Shown: piece by piece, positions 18,101 to 27,006 of the stretch | Layout: every line of letters begins with the position of its first letter | Position numbering within the stretch: position 1 is the stretch's first letter | Virus record (IMG/VR): IMGVR_UViG_2885028616_000003 | Coordinates: 32,001 to 96,000 of that record | DNA length: 64,000 nucleotides | Strand: one strand, 5' to 3' | From: a virus | Taxonomy: Duplodnaviria > Caudoviricetes | Notes under the pieces: model-generated | What the model saw: only the letters and a program-made list of their open reading frames with translations | What the model was told of the DNA's origin: nothing | Database searches by the model: none | Made by a program: the position numbers and the translations under genes

Positions 18101-19916
18101 GGGTGTGCCCGGTGATCGACCCGAACTTCTCGATCGCGCGGGGCGCCTCAATGCTGGTCCGGGCGATGAACCGTGACCAGAACGGCCCGTCCAGCGCGAG
18201 CGCGGCCCGCGTCTCCAGGATCCGCATCGCCGCCGCCGACGACCGGGTCAGCGGGGAGAACTTGTCGAGCTGCATCGTGATGAGGCCGAGCCCGCCGGAC
18301 AGCACCGGCAGGACGTCGGGCTCCAGGTCGTTGACCCACCCCCGGTACTCCTTCCGGAACCGCTGCCAACTGTCCAGCAGCCGGTTCTCGGCGGGGGTGA
18401 GCTTGTCCATGGCGCGCCCCAGCCGCACGGTCGCGGCGGACGCGCCGTCCGCGGCGTGCGCGGACTGGCGCTGCGCGTCGGCCTGCTGCAACGCGGCGAT
18501 ACGGTCCTGGATCTGCTGGGTCCGCACCGCGCGCTGCGCGTCGGCGACCTGCTGCAGCGCGTCCTTCAGCCGCTCCTTCGCGGCGACGACCTCCTGGGTG
18601 CCCTCGACGCCGGCCTTGCGGGCCTTGGCCTCATCGGCGCGGAGCCGGTTGACCAGGATCCGCTGCTCTTTGAGCTGCTGGACCGCCTGGTCGTAGGCGA
18701 GTTTGGCTTCCTTTCGGTCGAGGTCGCGGTCTTTGCGCTGCTGCTGCGCGGCGGCGACCGCCTGCTTGGCCAGGTCGACCGCGAGCTGCGCCTGGTCCTT
18801 GTCGAGCTGGGTGGAGCGGGAGTCGCCGAGGACCTTGGCCTGCTTGGCCTGCGCGGCCGCGAGGCCGACCTGGGCCTTCTGGACGGCGAGGTCGTCCTGC
18901 CGTGTCGACCCGAGCTTCTCCAGTTCCCGCCGTGCCCGCTCGACTGCGAGTTCGTCACCGCGCAGGGACAGACCGGCGTCGATGAGCGAGTTCTGCATGT
19001 CCTGCAGCGACCGCGCGCCGTCCTGCCGGGCGCGGTTGAGATCGGTCTGGGCCTGGCGGGCGGCGGCCTGGGCCTGGGTGACCTGCCGTTCGGCCTGCGC
19101 CATCTGCATGGCCCGCAGCCGCGCCTGCTCGGTGGCGATCGCCGCGGTGTTCAGCGCGACCGCCCGGCCCCGCGTCGAGGTGGCGACCTGGTTGTCGGCG
19201 GTCTTCTGCGCCTGCAGCGCCTCGGAGATCCGGTGGACACCGGGAACCGCGACGGCGAGCATCCCGCCGATCCCGAGCCCGGCGGAGGTCGCGGCCGCGG
19301 CGATCCCGCCGATGCCCGCGGCCAGGGTCGCGCCGAGCGGGATGGACGCCAGCGCGGCCATCTGGATCCCAAGCATCATCAGCGCCGACGACGCCCCAGC
19401 AGTGTTCGCGCCGACCTGCACGTTCACCGACCGGCCGAACAGCCTGTCCGCCTCAGCCCGCAGCGCCAGCAGCCGCGCCATCGCGGCCGCGGTGTCGGCG
19501 TCCACGTTGATCGTGGCGTGGAACGGGCCGAGGTTCTCCAGCCGGCGGCGGACCCGTTCCAGCGACGCCTCGTCCAGCTTCACGCGGACATTGACGTTGG
19601 CGCGCGGCAGGTTCTTCAGCTTCGCTTCAAGCTCGGCCTTGGCGGCGCGCGCGATCTCAGCGCCGATCTTGCGGCCGAGACGCCCCCCGGCGAGCTCCAG
19701 CCGCGGTGTGGCGTCCCGCATCGCCTCCTCGAGGCGCCGCGGCGAGAACCCCGCCTTGGCGCCCTCGGCGATCGCGCGGCCCAGCACCCGGCCCGACGAC
19801 CGGCCGACCCTGTCGAGGGTCGGGTCGAGCCGCCGTTTGATCTCCTGCCCCCACGCCGCAGGATCGATCCGGGGCAGGACATCGATCTTGACTGATCCGC
19901 CGTCGTGCTCCGCCAC
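15168..19916 (-). CDS. Tape measure protein with C-terminal NlpC/P60 and lytic transglycosylase domains
   Basis: 1582-aa helical protein. 'GEPYVWGATGPDSWDCSGL' and 'RESGWRWNARNPSSGAYGIPQALP'. Confidence 0.95.
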   Translation of the reverse strand: MAEHDGGSVKIDVLPRIDPAAWGQEIKRRLDPTLDRVGRSSGRVLGRAIAEGAKAGFSPRRLEEAMRDATPRLELAGGRLGRKIGAEIARAAKAELEAKLKNLPRANVNVRVKLDEASLERVRRRLENLGPFHATINVDADTAAAMARLLALRAEADRLFGRSVNVQVGANTAGASSALMMLGIQMAALASIPLGATLAAGIGGIAAAATSAGLGIGGMLAVAVPGVHRISEALQAQKTADNQVATSTRGRAVALNTAAIATEQARLRAMQMAQAERQVTQAQAAARQAQTDLNRARQDGARSLQDMQNSLIDAGLSLRGDELAVERARRELEKLGSTRQDDLAVQKAQVGLAAAQAKQAKVLGDSRSTQLDKDQAQLAVDLAKQAVAAAQQQRKDRDLDRKEAKLAYDQAVQQLKEQRILVNRLRADEAKARKAGVEGTQEVVAAKERLKDALQQVADAQRAVRTQQIQDRIAALQQADAQRQSAHAADGASAATVRLGRAMDKLTPAENRLLDSWQRFRKEYRGWVNDLEPDVLPVLSGGLGLITMQLDKFSPLTRSSAAAMRILETRAALALDGPFWSRFIARTSIEAPRAIEKFGSITGHTLTGVGGIFEAFLPYTNLLLGAVDALTVRFERWGTSLAGSSGFIRFMGYVQQTGPDVIHTIGSLASGLIDVGQALAPLAAVQLAVIRILADGLAAMARTAPGLIQLAAAAFLVSKAVRVLGFTSLIAGLTGTGAAAGVASGGLLRLGVILRATGGYMMGVSGSAVTTRIALMGLARLGAVVGVVVGMGYAMNALQHAQNGTVQSTESLTRSMQTLATTGKFGGAFFDQFKAGALSGKTNLEEFRAAAESIANPSWNQRWIDHPAAEFFHVISFGAYNTPLSEAVNKFKQLDTTLTQMAQNGQADAAATSFSRMAAQLDLSNLSIEKIKSLFPQYSALVGSGAFQTQIFTEKIRQQNQALLTNANRFIADQQEVIDFNSALAAGRTALDTNGRAFWGNSQAALNNRQTILQGARVLNSYSDDLVTNNRVTDANVKKLKGQREQLIDLATRFLGSRKAAEKYVDQLVKIPKKTSTDVSVNAKGKFSMKGLGNLAKIPGLADLLAPSLRNAGGGVIAGGGGPRADDKVTRISAGEMVINAPATSRYLPLLTAINDEGNKGTIYKGQGYTTGGGPVPGAGGAFAGGGLPGPRRDTLPAFAGGGLIGSTFKKDYHYRGDPPATINKAREGNAVGLASMLGYASGHAAIGAGILTTLLSGAYGSGAKAVAFAKAQLGEPYVWGATGPDSWDCSGLTMRAWQAAGVNIPRVTYDQIAYGSATTRSAAMPGDLYFPHRGHVMMVTGMGGDHALIHAPHTGDVVRYAGWRSGGTYRHIAGKGGSWYGGGTPKAFAQAQLGDLGWSAAQFAPLNRLWERESGWRWNARNPSSGAYGIPQALPPGKMASFGSDWRTNWATQIRWGLDYIKHRYGSPAGAWAHSQRTGWYAQGTDHARRGLAWVGERGPELVDFRGGEAVYPHEDSLRMALSAAAAPLELSDSASTAGGGDEYHAHFDGITAAALSREVRTAFKSMQMAQAQSLRIGRRG

Positions 19917-19933
19917 CGCACCTCCCCCGGGTT

Positions 19934-20385
19934 TCAGTCGGGCGGGGTGTCCGCCGGAGGCTGGTAGGAGGGGCTGAACTTGCGGAGCGCCGCAACACGG
20001 GCGGCGTGCACGGCCTGCTTGTGCTTCTCCTCCGCGGTCGGCTCAGGGCGGGCGTAGACGGGCACCTGCACCGGCGCCGCCTTGGGCGGCCGGCCCTTGA
20101 GCCGGAGCCCGACCCACAGGATCGAGATCACCGTCTGCAGGTAGGTGATCTGCGCCGCCGCCATCCATTCCCGCTCGGACCAGCGGCGGCCCTTCTCATC
20201 GCCGGCCTGCGCGGACTTGGTCGCCGACTCCTCGGGCAGCCAGTCGTACAGGGCGGCCAGCTCGATCAGCGGCGCGTCCCCGGCCCGCCACTCCATCAGC
20301 GGGTCCCGGCCGGGGAAGTAGTGCGCGAAGTCGGCCCAGAGTTTGGAAGGGTGCTCCTCTACCGCGTGGAGGAGCCCTGCGATTC
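19934..20385 (-). CDS. Tail assembly chaperone, C-terminal (-1 frameshift) segment
   Basis: Open -1 frame 'IAGLLHAVEEHPSKLWADFAHYF...' overlapping the end of the upstream chaperone gene. Confidence 0.7.
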
Positions 20386-20694
20386 CGGGCGCTTGATGTC
20401 CCTCATGACCTCTTCGAGGAGGTCACGCATGTCACCGAGCTCCAGGTTCAGGTCCTTGAGCTTGGCGAACTCCTCGGCGGGCATGATCCGCTCCAGGGTC
20501 GCCATGTCTCCGGTGACCTCACCGGACAGCACGACGTCCTCGTACGTCGCGGCGTCCCAGAACGCCTGCCGCGGGATCTGCACCAGGACGTTGCCGTCGT
20601 CGTCCTCGATCTCGACGTGGCGGCCACCGAGGGCCTTGGCGCGCTGCTCGCGCATCTCCGACAGCTTGAACCGGGTCTTGTTGGGCTTGGGCAT
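20359..20694 (-). CDS. Tail assembly chaperone
   Basis: Acidic 111-aa ORF between the major tail and tape measure genes. Confidence 0.8.
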   Translation of the reverse strand: MPKPNKTRFKLSEMREQRAKALGGRHVEIEDDDGNVLVQIPRQAFWDAATYEDVVLSGEVTGDMATLERIMPAEEFAKLKDLNLELGDMRDLLEEVMRDIKRPESQGSSTR

Positions 20695-20738
20695 GGGTCA
20701 CCTCGCGGGTCTTGCGTCGCGGGTCTTGCGGGGTTGAT

Positions 20739-20782
20739 GGGCGGCCGGGGCGAAGACCCGCGAAGGAAGACCCCGGCCGCCC
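20739..20782 (-). terminator. Hairpin downstream of the major tail gene
   Basis: 12-bp stem gggcggccgggg / ccccggccgccc. Confidence 0.55.
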
Positions 20783-20788
20783 GGCTCA

Positions 20789-21367
20789 TCAGGTGGGAAG
20801 CGGAACCTTCGACACGAACCGCTTCACGGGGGTGCCGCCCACGGTCGGGACCATCGCGGTCATCGTGAGGCCGTACTGGTGCAGGCTGTCGGCCTTGTCC
20901 TCGATGTTGTCCCGTTCGGAGACCTTCGCGCGGGGGACGACGTAGCGGAACTGGCGGCCGGTCTGCTCGTCGATGACGTCGAGGCCGAGCGCGACGTAGA
21001 TCGCGAGGGCGGTCTCGGGGTCGTCGAACTGGACACCGATGTCGTCGCCGGACCCGACGGTGGTCATGTCGGCGATCGGCACCGAGTAGTAGAGGCTCAG
21101 GGCCCGCGCGGTCGTCTGCGTCAGGGTGAGCTTGAAGGTGATCGTCCGCGACTTGGGCTGGATGCGGATCGGGCCGTTGTAGCCCCAGCCGCCGAAGCTC
21201 GTCTCGTCCTCGGCGAGGGCCTCGGTGAGGCCGTCGTCCAGGATGATCCCGGCGTCCTCCCAGCCGGTGCCCCAGGCCGTCGCGATGTCGGTGGGCGGGG
21301 TCACCCCGACCTCACCGAAGTAGGCGTAGCCCTTACCGCCGACTGTGATCTCGTCCGTGTTGGCCAC
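20789..21367 (-). CDS. Major tail (tube) protein
   Basis: 'WEDAGIILDDGLTE', 'RYVVPRAKVSER', 'YGLTMTA'. Confidence 0.9.
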   Translation of the reverse strand: MANTDEITVGGKGYAYFGEVGVTPPTDIATAWGTGWEDAGIILDDGLTEALAEDETSFGGWGYNGPIRIQPKSRTITFKLTLTQTTARALSLYYSVPIADMTTVGSGDDIGVQFDDPETALAIYVALGLDVIDEQTGRQFRYVVPRAKVSERDNIEDKADSLHQYGLTMTAMVPTVGGTPVKRFVSKVPLPT

Positions 21368-21450
21368 GGTGAATCCCCCTTCATGCGGGCATGCGGAAAC
21401 GCCCGCCGACCTGGCGGGACATGGGATTCGCGGGTCTTACGAGGTGGCCG

Positions 21451-21867
21451 TCAGGGGCCGACGAACCGGACCGTCAGCGAGACGGTGAACCCGATCCGGG
21501 TGATGTTCTGCGAGGCGTCCGGCCGTCGCCCAGGGCCCGCGGTCTCTTCGGGGTCGCTGAACGCGACACCGCCCGTGACGGTCCCGGCGATGCCCAGCAG
21601 CGCCGCGCGCAGCGCCTTCACGGCGAGGTTGGCCTGCTCGCGGGACCCGCCGTACACGTCCACGTCGATGCGGGGACGGTCCATCAGGTACCCGTTGCCC
21701 CAGGTGCGGCGGATCGCCGCCCCGCCGATGCGGGTGTACTGCGCGACGGGCAGGCGGGCGTTGAACTCGTCGACCGGTGGGAGCTCCAGGCACGAGTGCA
21801 CGGACGGCACCGTCTCGAGCTGGTAGGCGACGATCACGGGTTCGACGTCGGGGAACTCGTCCTGCAC
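21451..21867 (-). CDS. Tail terminator protein
   Basis: 'FPDVE', 'RIGG', 'DRPRIDVDVY'. Confidence 0.8.
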   Translation of the reverse strand: MQDEFPDVEPVIVAYQLETVPSVHSCLELPPVDEFNARLPVAQYTRIGGAAIRRTWGNGYLMDRPRIDVDVYGGSREQANLAVKALRAALLGIAGTVTGGVAFSDPEETAGPGRRPDASQNITRIGFTVSLTVRFVGP

Positions 21868-21892
21868 GGTGGCTCCCCTCGCCGCGCCTGAG

Positions 21893-22297
21893 TCAGGACC
21901 CGGCGTAGTGCGCGGCGAGCTGGCCGCGGGTCATGGCCTTGGCGTCCTCGTGGTCCATGCCCTGGCCAATCGCGTAGGCGATCCAGTCGTCGTGGGAGGC
22001 GCCGCGGCCCGGCTTGGGGCGCGTGCCGTCCCCGGCTGTCTTGCCGGCGGCCGTCCCGTCGCCCTCGCCGTCGGGCTGGGCGCCTTCGGTGGGCTCGCCG
22101 GCGAGCCCCGCATCGACCTGCGCGGCCCTCTCGGATGCGGCGGGCCCCCCGGCGAGCGGCTCCGGGGTTCCGACCGGGCGGGCCTGCCCCTCGCGGATCA
22201 GCATCCTCGCGAGCGCGGCGTCGTCGACGTCGACCACATCGCCCGGGTTGCGCTTCTCACCATGGATCCGGGGCCAGGCAGTGACCTTGAGTTGCAC
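21893..22297 (-). CDS. Hypothetical virion-module protein
   Basis: 'PGDVVDVDD...LIREGQA' plus C-terminal 'ASHDDWIAYA...MTRGQL'. Confidence 0.7.
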   Translation of the reverse strand: MQLKVTAWPRIHGEKRNPGDVVDVDDAALARMLIREGQARPVGTPEPLAGGPAASERAAQVDAGLAGEPTEGAQPDGEGDGTAAGKTAGDGTRPKPGRGASHDDWIAYAIGQGMDHEDAKAMTRGQLAAHYAGS

Positions 22298-22313
22298 GGG
22301 GTCTTCTCCTTCG

Positions 22314-22730
22314 TCAGGCGGTGCGGGCGGCTTCGAGCGCGGCCCCGGACATGACCCGGTAAGGGCGCGTCCCGGGGTGGTCGACCTTCCGCGCGAAGAT
22401 CACGCGGCCGGTCGCCGGGTCGACCCACCGCAGGTATTTGCCTTTGCGCGGATAGATCATGTGGCGGCGGGAACCCCACTCGATGATCACGGCGTAGGAG
22501 GCGGTGGTGTCGTTGCCGTACAGCACCCGACGAGCGAAACCGCGGCGCTCGACGCGGATGGTCGAGGCGAGATGCCCTGCGTCCTGACCGTTGCGGCCGT
22601 CCTCGCTGCGCGGGCACACCGCGTCGGCTGCGGCGCGGGCGGCCTCAGCGCGGCGGTCCAGGTCGGCTTGGACGTTCTGGCTCTCGGGGAGGCGCTCGAA
22701 GGTCCGGTAGTTCAGGTTCCAGTCGGCCAC
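22314..22730 (-). CDS. HK97 gp10-like neck/tail completion protein
   Basis: 'GHLASTI', 'YAVIIEWGS', 'VDHPGTRP'. Confidence 0.8.
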   Translation of the reverse strand: MADWNLNYRTFERLPESQNVQADLDRRAEAARAAADAVCPRSEDGRNGQDAGHLASTIRVERRGFARRVLYGNDTTASYAVIIEWGSRRHMIYPRKGKYLRWVDPATGRVIFARKVDHPGTRPYRVMSGAALEAARTA

Positions 22731-22734
22731 CGCG

Positions 22735-23076
22735 CTAGGGGTGCTGGAGCAGCGCGACCGTGACCGACGAGACGGCCGAGAAGTCCACGTACATGACCGC
22801 GGTCGAGGCGAGCTGCCGGTAAACCCCCTCGTCGAACGGGCCCAGGTACTTCGTGGCGCCCGCGGCGACGGTCCGGGCCGGAGACGTCGGGGTCACCCCC
22901 TCGATCGTCTTGGCGATCTTCGGGGTGACGGTGATGTCGTTGCCGCTGCCGTTGGTCACCTTCAGGATCATGCGGCCGTTGTTGCGGAACGACACGCCGG
23001 AGGCGTCCGGGGTGACCGTGGTCGGGACGAGCCCGGCGGTCGTGAACGGCTGCGGCGTCAGGCTGGTCCTGGCCAA
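22735..23076 (-). CDS. Small structural protein
   Basis: 'FRNNGRMILKVTN...YLGPF'. In the head-tail module. Confidence 0.7.
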   Translation of the reverse strand: MARTSLTPQPFTTAGLVPTTVTPDASGVSFRNNGRMILKVTNGSGNDITVTPKIAKTIEGVTPTSPARTVAAGATKYLGPFDEGVYRQLASTAVMYVDFSAVSSVTVALLQHP

Positions 23077-23119
23077 TGTGGATCACCAATCTACGAGAAC
23101 GGACAGAATGTGCGGGCGG

Positions 23120-23821
23120 TCAGCCGCCCTCGTCGATGCGGATCCGGAACTGGATGTGGTGGCCGCCGCCGGTCTCGGGCTGCGGCCACGCGCGCGGCTC
23201 ACCGTCGACCTCCCAGACGCGGCCGTCCCACTCCACCCGGTCCGTCACGCGCACGTCGGTGCCGGCGGCGACGAAGCACAGGTAGAAGCTGGTGACCTTG
23301 TCGCGGCCGCCGGTCTCCTCAATGGTGGAGCCCGGCTCGAGCCCGGCCGGCACGGTGGTGCGGGTCGCGTTCGCCCAGTCGAAGACGAGGCTGTTGCCGT
23401 ATCCGGTGACCAGCGGCGCCCGGACGATGGTGATCTCGTCGGACAGGACCGGCAGGCCGGCCATCTGGTCGTCGGCGTACAGGTCCCGCTCCCATTCCTG
23501 GGTGCCGTAGCGGACTTGCTTGACGATCAGGGTGCGGCCGACCAGGCCCCCGTCGACCGCTGCGGTGACGGTGACGACGTCACCGACCTCCACGGTGTCG
23601 GTGTCGTACCGGACCGTCACCAGGTACCGGACCACCAGGAGTTTCTGGTCGCCGATCATCGCGACCTCGTTGGAGCCGTCCGCGATGATCCGGCACGGGC
23701 CCGCGTAAACCTGGGTGGCGCCGCGGGTGATGGTGCACTCCCCCGTCATGGTCCCGGTCGCGACCGGACGGTGGTGCTGGCTCCAGTCAGGGTGGAACAC
23801 CCGCGTCGTGGGGAGCGGCAT
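23120..23821 (-). CDS. Head closure protein, apparently two tandem stopper-like domains
   Basis: First half 'VYAGPCRI' (DUF6093-like). Second half 'TDRVEWDGRVWEVDGEP'. Confidence 0.7.
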   Translation of the reverse strand: MPLPTTRVFHPDWSQHHRPVATGTMTGECTITRGATQVYAGPCRIIADGSNEVAMIGDQKLLVVRYLVTVRYDTDTVEVGDVVTVTAAVDGGLVGRTLIVKQVRYGTQEWERDLYADDQMAGLPVLSDEITIVRAPLVTGYGNSLVFDWANATRTTVPAGLEPGSTIEETGGRDKVTSFYLCFVAAGTDVRVTDRVEWDGRVWEVDGEPRAWPQPETGGGHHIQFRIRIDEGG

Positions 23822-24462
23822 CAGAACGACTCCAGCTCGGTGCCCTCAGGCCCGAGCACGCGGCTGAACGGGTCCACGAAGTCAACGACGTCGAAGAACC
23901 CGCCGATTTCGGGGTCTTCCTCGTTGGCCTGGCGGCGCAGCTCGGCGGCACGGGCCCGCAACTCCGCGGCGAGCTTCGCGCCGTCGGTGGTGAGGTCCTT
24001 GGTGCGGATGACCTTGGAGATCAGCGCCTCGGACGTCGCGATGACCCCGAGGGCGCTCGCCGCAGCGAGCTTGACGCTTCCGCCCTCCATCGCGAGGAAG
24101 TCAGCGAGCTCGTCCACGCGGAACGTGCGCGCTGTCGGGTCGGTGTCGGCGATGAGCAGCCGCACCCTGCGCAGATCGCTGGTGAGGGGCGGGGGTGCGG
24201 CGACGATGACGGTGTAGTGCTGCACACCGGCGCCGGTCCCGGTTGTGGTGAACACGGCGGTGTATTCGCCGGGGGTGGTGAGGGTGGGGCCGATGCCGGT
24301 CCAGGTCGCGCCGTCGTCGCCGGTCGTCATGGCGAACGACGTCGGCGTGCCGACCGCGCTGGTGATGGTCGCGCTCATCGCGGTCGTGCCGTCGGCCGGG
24401 TCAACAGCGACGGTGAACGCGGGGGCGTCGCCCGCGTCGATCTCGATCAGCCCCACGGTCAT
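23821..24462 (-). CDS. Head-tail adaptor with N-terminal Ig-like extension
   Basis: 'RVRLLIADTD...F..DELADFL...KLAAASAL'. Confidence 0.75.
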   Translation of the reverse strand: MTVGLIEIDAGDAPAFTVAVDPADGTTAMSATITSAVGTPTSFAMTTGDDGATWTGIGPTLTTPGEYTAVFTTTGTGAGVQHYTVIVAAPPPLTSDLRRVRLLIADTDPTARTFRVDELADFLAMEGGSVKLAAASALGVIATSEALISKVIRTKDLTTDGAKLAAELRARAAELRRQANEEDPEIGGFFDVVDFVDPFSRVLGPEGTELESF

Positions 24463-26039
24463 CGGGCGGACACCTCCAGTCGGGATCGGGGGGTCGCGGT
24501 GGCCGCCAGGCTGGTGCGCGCGGTCACCGTCAGCGCGGCAGAGGAGGCCGTGACGGCGATGGCCCCGGGTACGTCTGGTGGAGGGGCGCCGGTGGTGCTG
24601 CCGACGGCTGCGTCGGCCAGGGCGAGCATGTCGACCGCGGCGGCGTACAGGGTGACGGTGGCGGTCGCGGTGTCGTCCAGCACCACGCCGTCGTCGGCGG
24701 TCCGGGTGCGGCTGCCCACGGCGGTAGCGCTGCCGGTGAGGGTGAGCGTGTCGGCCACCGGCGCCCGCGCGGCGAGGATCCGCGCGGCGGTGTCGGTGAC
24801 GGTGAGCGTGTCGTCCGCAGTCACGGTGTGCCCGGTGAAGGCGTCGGCCACGTCGCCCAACTCGAGGCCGTCGTCGGCGGTCCGCGCGGTCGCGGTCGCG
24901 CGGCTGGTGGCGTCGGCGAGGGCGAGGCCTTCGGCGCAGGTGCGGTTGGTGGCCGTGGCCGCGGCGGCGGCGTCGGCCGCCGTGAGGGAGTCGGTGGCTG
25001 TCGCGGTGTGGCCGGTGAAGGCCTCGGCGGCGTCGGCCAGGCCGAGGCCCTCGGTGACGGGGCGGGAGGCTGCCCAGACGCGGGCTGGGCTGTCGTCGAG
25101 GGTGAGCTGGTCACTGCCAGCGCGGACGGCGGTGGTCGCCGCGGTGGCCGCGTCGGTGGCAGTGAGGGCGTCGCTCGCCGAGCGGGCCCCCGCACTTGCT
25201 CGGTTGGCCGCGTCGCCGAGCGTGAGGGCGTCAGTGCCAGCGCGCGCTCGGGTGCCCGATGCGCTGGCCGCATCCCCGACGGTGAGGGTGTCGGTGCCGG
25301 TCCGGGCGGTCGCAGCCGAGCGGCCCACGGAGTCGGTGAGGGTGAGGGTGTCGGTCGCGGTGCCGGTCGACGCGACGGCGGCGGTGGGGACCGCGAGCGT
25401 CCACGTCGTCACCCCGATCACCGCAGCCGACCCGATGAGGTTGTCGGGGGTGGCCGCGATGTTCGCAGCGTGGCTGGTGGTGAGGTCGTCGGCGATCCCG
25501 GAGAACGTGCCGCCCGACCCGCTGCCTGCGGAGCCTGAGTGGACGCGCACGGTGTAGGTGCTGCCGCCCGGGACCGACAGTGACGTCGACCCGGACGAGG
25601 ACCGCTCCCCCATCATCGTGACGATCACACAGGTCGCGATGGTGGGCGTCACCGCAGGGCACGGATGCGAGGTGACCGATGACGTCTCGTCCAGGAACGC
25701 GATCTTGTGGATGGGGGTGGCGGTGTCGACACCTCGCAGCACCCGCACCGAGAGGGTCTGCCGGTTCGTGCCCGCCGCCGTCACGCTGATGCTTCCGGAC
25801 TCCGAGCCCGTACAGACCCGGCTGTAGATCCGGCTCCGCATCGACCCGCTCGCGGAGTCGCGGGTTCCCTCGAGGGTCCACCCAGACGGATCACCGGTGA
25901 CCGTCTGCGCGGACCCGAGCGTCCAGATCAGATACGCGCAGTCGCCCGCCGCAGGGGTCGCGGTGAGGGCGGACCAGGCGAGGGTGAGGGTCTGGACGTT
26001 TCCGCCGGCAGTGCCGGTCGCGACGCCCGAGACCGCCAC
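24459..26039 (-). CDS. Virion protein with ~18-aa D-x-L-x-L-x-D repeats
   Basis: Many 'TDTLTLTD'-like repeats. N-terminal domain resembles the 8922 tail protein. Confidence 0.75.
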   Translation of the reverse strand: MAVSGVATGTAGGNVQTLTLAWSALTATPAAGDCAYLIWTLGSAQTVTGDPSGWTLEGTRDSASGSMRSRIYSRVCTGSESGSISVTAAGTNRQTLSVRVLRGVDTATPIHKIAFLDETSSVTSHPCPAVTPTIATCVIVTMMGERSSSGSTSLSVPGGSTYTVRVHSGSAGSGSGGTFSGIADDLTTSHAANIAATPDNLIGSAAVIGVTTWTLAVPTAAVASTGTATDTLTLTDSVGRSAATARTGTDTLTVGDAASASGTRARAGTDALTLGDAANRASAGARSASDALTATDAATAATTAVRAGSDQLTLDDSPARVWAASRPVTEGLGLADAAEAFTGHTATATDSLTAADAAAAATATNRTCAEGLALADATSRATATARTADDGLELGDVADAFTGHTVTADDTLTVTDTAARILAARAPVADTLTLTGSATAVGSRTRTADDGVVLDDTATATVTLYAAAVDMLALADAAVGSTTGAPPPDVPGAIAVTASSAALTVTARTSLAATATPRSRLEVSAR

Positions 26040-26052
26040 CCCGCCACCCAGG

Positions 26053-26445
26053 TCAGGAAGCGGTGACGGTGTCGGTGATGGTGATGCTGTCGCCGCTGGC
26101 CGACAGCGTAGCCGTCGCGCTGAGCAGGGTCTCGTTCGTCATCGTCCCGCTCGACGCCGCATTGAAGATCCCGATCTTGGCGATGACCACTGGCAGTGAG
26201 TCGGACCCGTTCGCCGTGAATGTCTTGCTGAGGGTGGCTGTGGCCTGCCCGTTGGTGTGCGCGTACGTCGCCTGCGCCCGCACCAGCCCACCACCCGAAG
26301 TGGTGATCTCCCCCGACAGCGACGTGTTCGACGCCGACGGCGACGTGCTGTTCGCGGTCAGGGCGATGTAGTTCGCCGCGGCGGGCTGCGCGCTGGTGCC
26401 GTACACGCACGCCAGCGCGTGATCCCGGCCGCCGTTGGTCAGCAT
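26053..26445 (-). CDS. Virion structural protein
   Basis: 'LTNGGRD...YIALT...IGIFNAASSGTM'. Confidence 0.75.
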   Translation of the reverse strand: MLTNGGRDHALACVYGTSAQPAAANYIALTANSTSPSASNTSLSGEITTSGGGLVRAQATYAHTNGQATATLSKTFTANGSDSLPVVIAKIGIFNAASSGTMTNETLLSATATLSASGDSITITDTVTAS

Positions 26446-26448
26446 CCC

Positions 26449-26757
26449 TCAGCCCTCCTCGTCCGGCTCGGGGTCGCGGACCTCGCAGCGGTAGTGCGCC
26501 GCGAGGAACTGAGCGACCGCCGGGTTCGTGGACGCCACCCACGCCGGCGCGCCATCGGAGTGGTACGCCCACGCCCCACCCGGCGCCGTGATCGTCGTGA
26601 AGATCTCACCGAGCGATGTCCCGGCCGGGGGCCGCACGGTGGTGCACCGCCGCCCTTCCGGCAGTGGCGTCCGCGTCACGGTGCCGTCGTCGCCGCGGCG
26701 GATGTCGACCGCGGCCCGGTTCCCCAGGTACACCACGACCTGCTCGTCGTCGCCCAT
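26449..26757 (-). CDS. Hypothetical phage protein
   Basis: 102-aa ORF tightly packed in the operon. Confidence 0.65.
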   Translation of the reverse strand: MGDDEQVVVYLGNRAAVDIRRGDDGTVTRTPLPEGRRCTTVRPPAGTSLGEIFTTITAPGGAWAYHSDGAPAWVASTNPAVAQFLAAHYRCEVRDPEPDEEG

Positions 26758-26762
26758 GCTCG

Positions 26763-27005
26763 TCAGGTCTCGATGATCCCGGCGGCCCGCAGCGACGCGA
26801 GCAGCGAGTTCAGCTTGGTCTTCAGTTCGTTGATCAGGTCGGCTTCGGGCTGGCCGTACGTCGCGTCCGCGTTGGCGGTGGCGACGTCGGCGACGGCGTC
26901 GCCCTGGCTGAGGCCGCCCGCGTCGCCGAGCTGGGCGGCGGGGACGTGGCCGTCGGAATCGAGAGTGGCGAGCCCGTTCGGCTGGCCCTTGGCAGTGGAG
27001 CCCAC
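26763..27005 (-). CDS. Head fiber/decoration-like protein
   Basis: 'KGQPNGLATLD' and 'INELKTKLNSLLASLRAAGII'. Confidence 0.7.
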   Translation of the reverse strand: MGSTAKGQPNGLATLDSDGHVPAAQLGDAGGLSQGDAVADVATANADATYGQPEADLINELKTKLNSLLASLRAAGIIET

Positions 27006-27006
27006 G

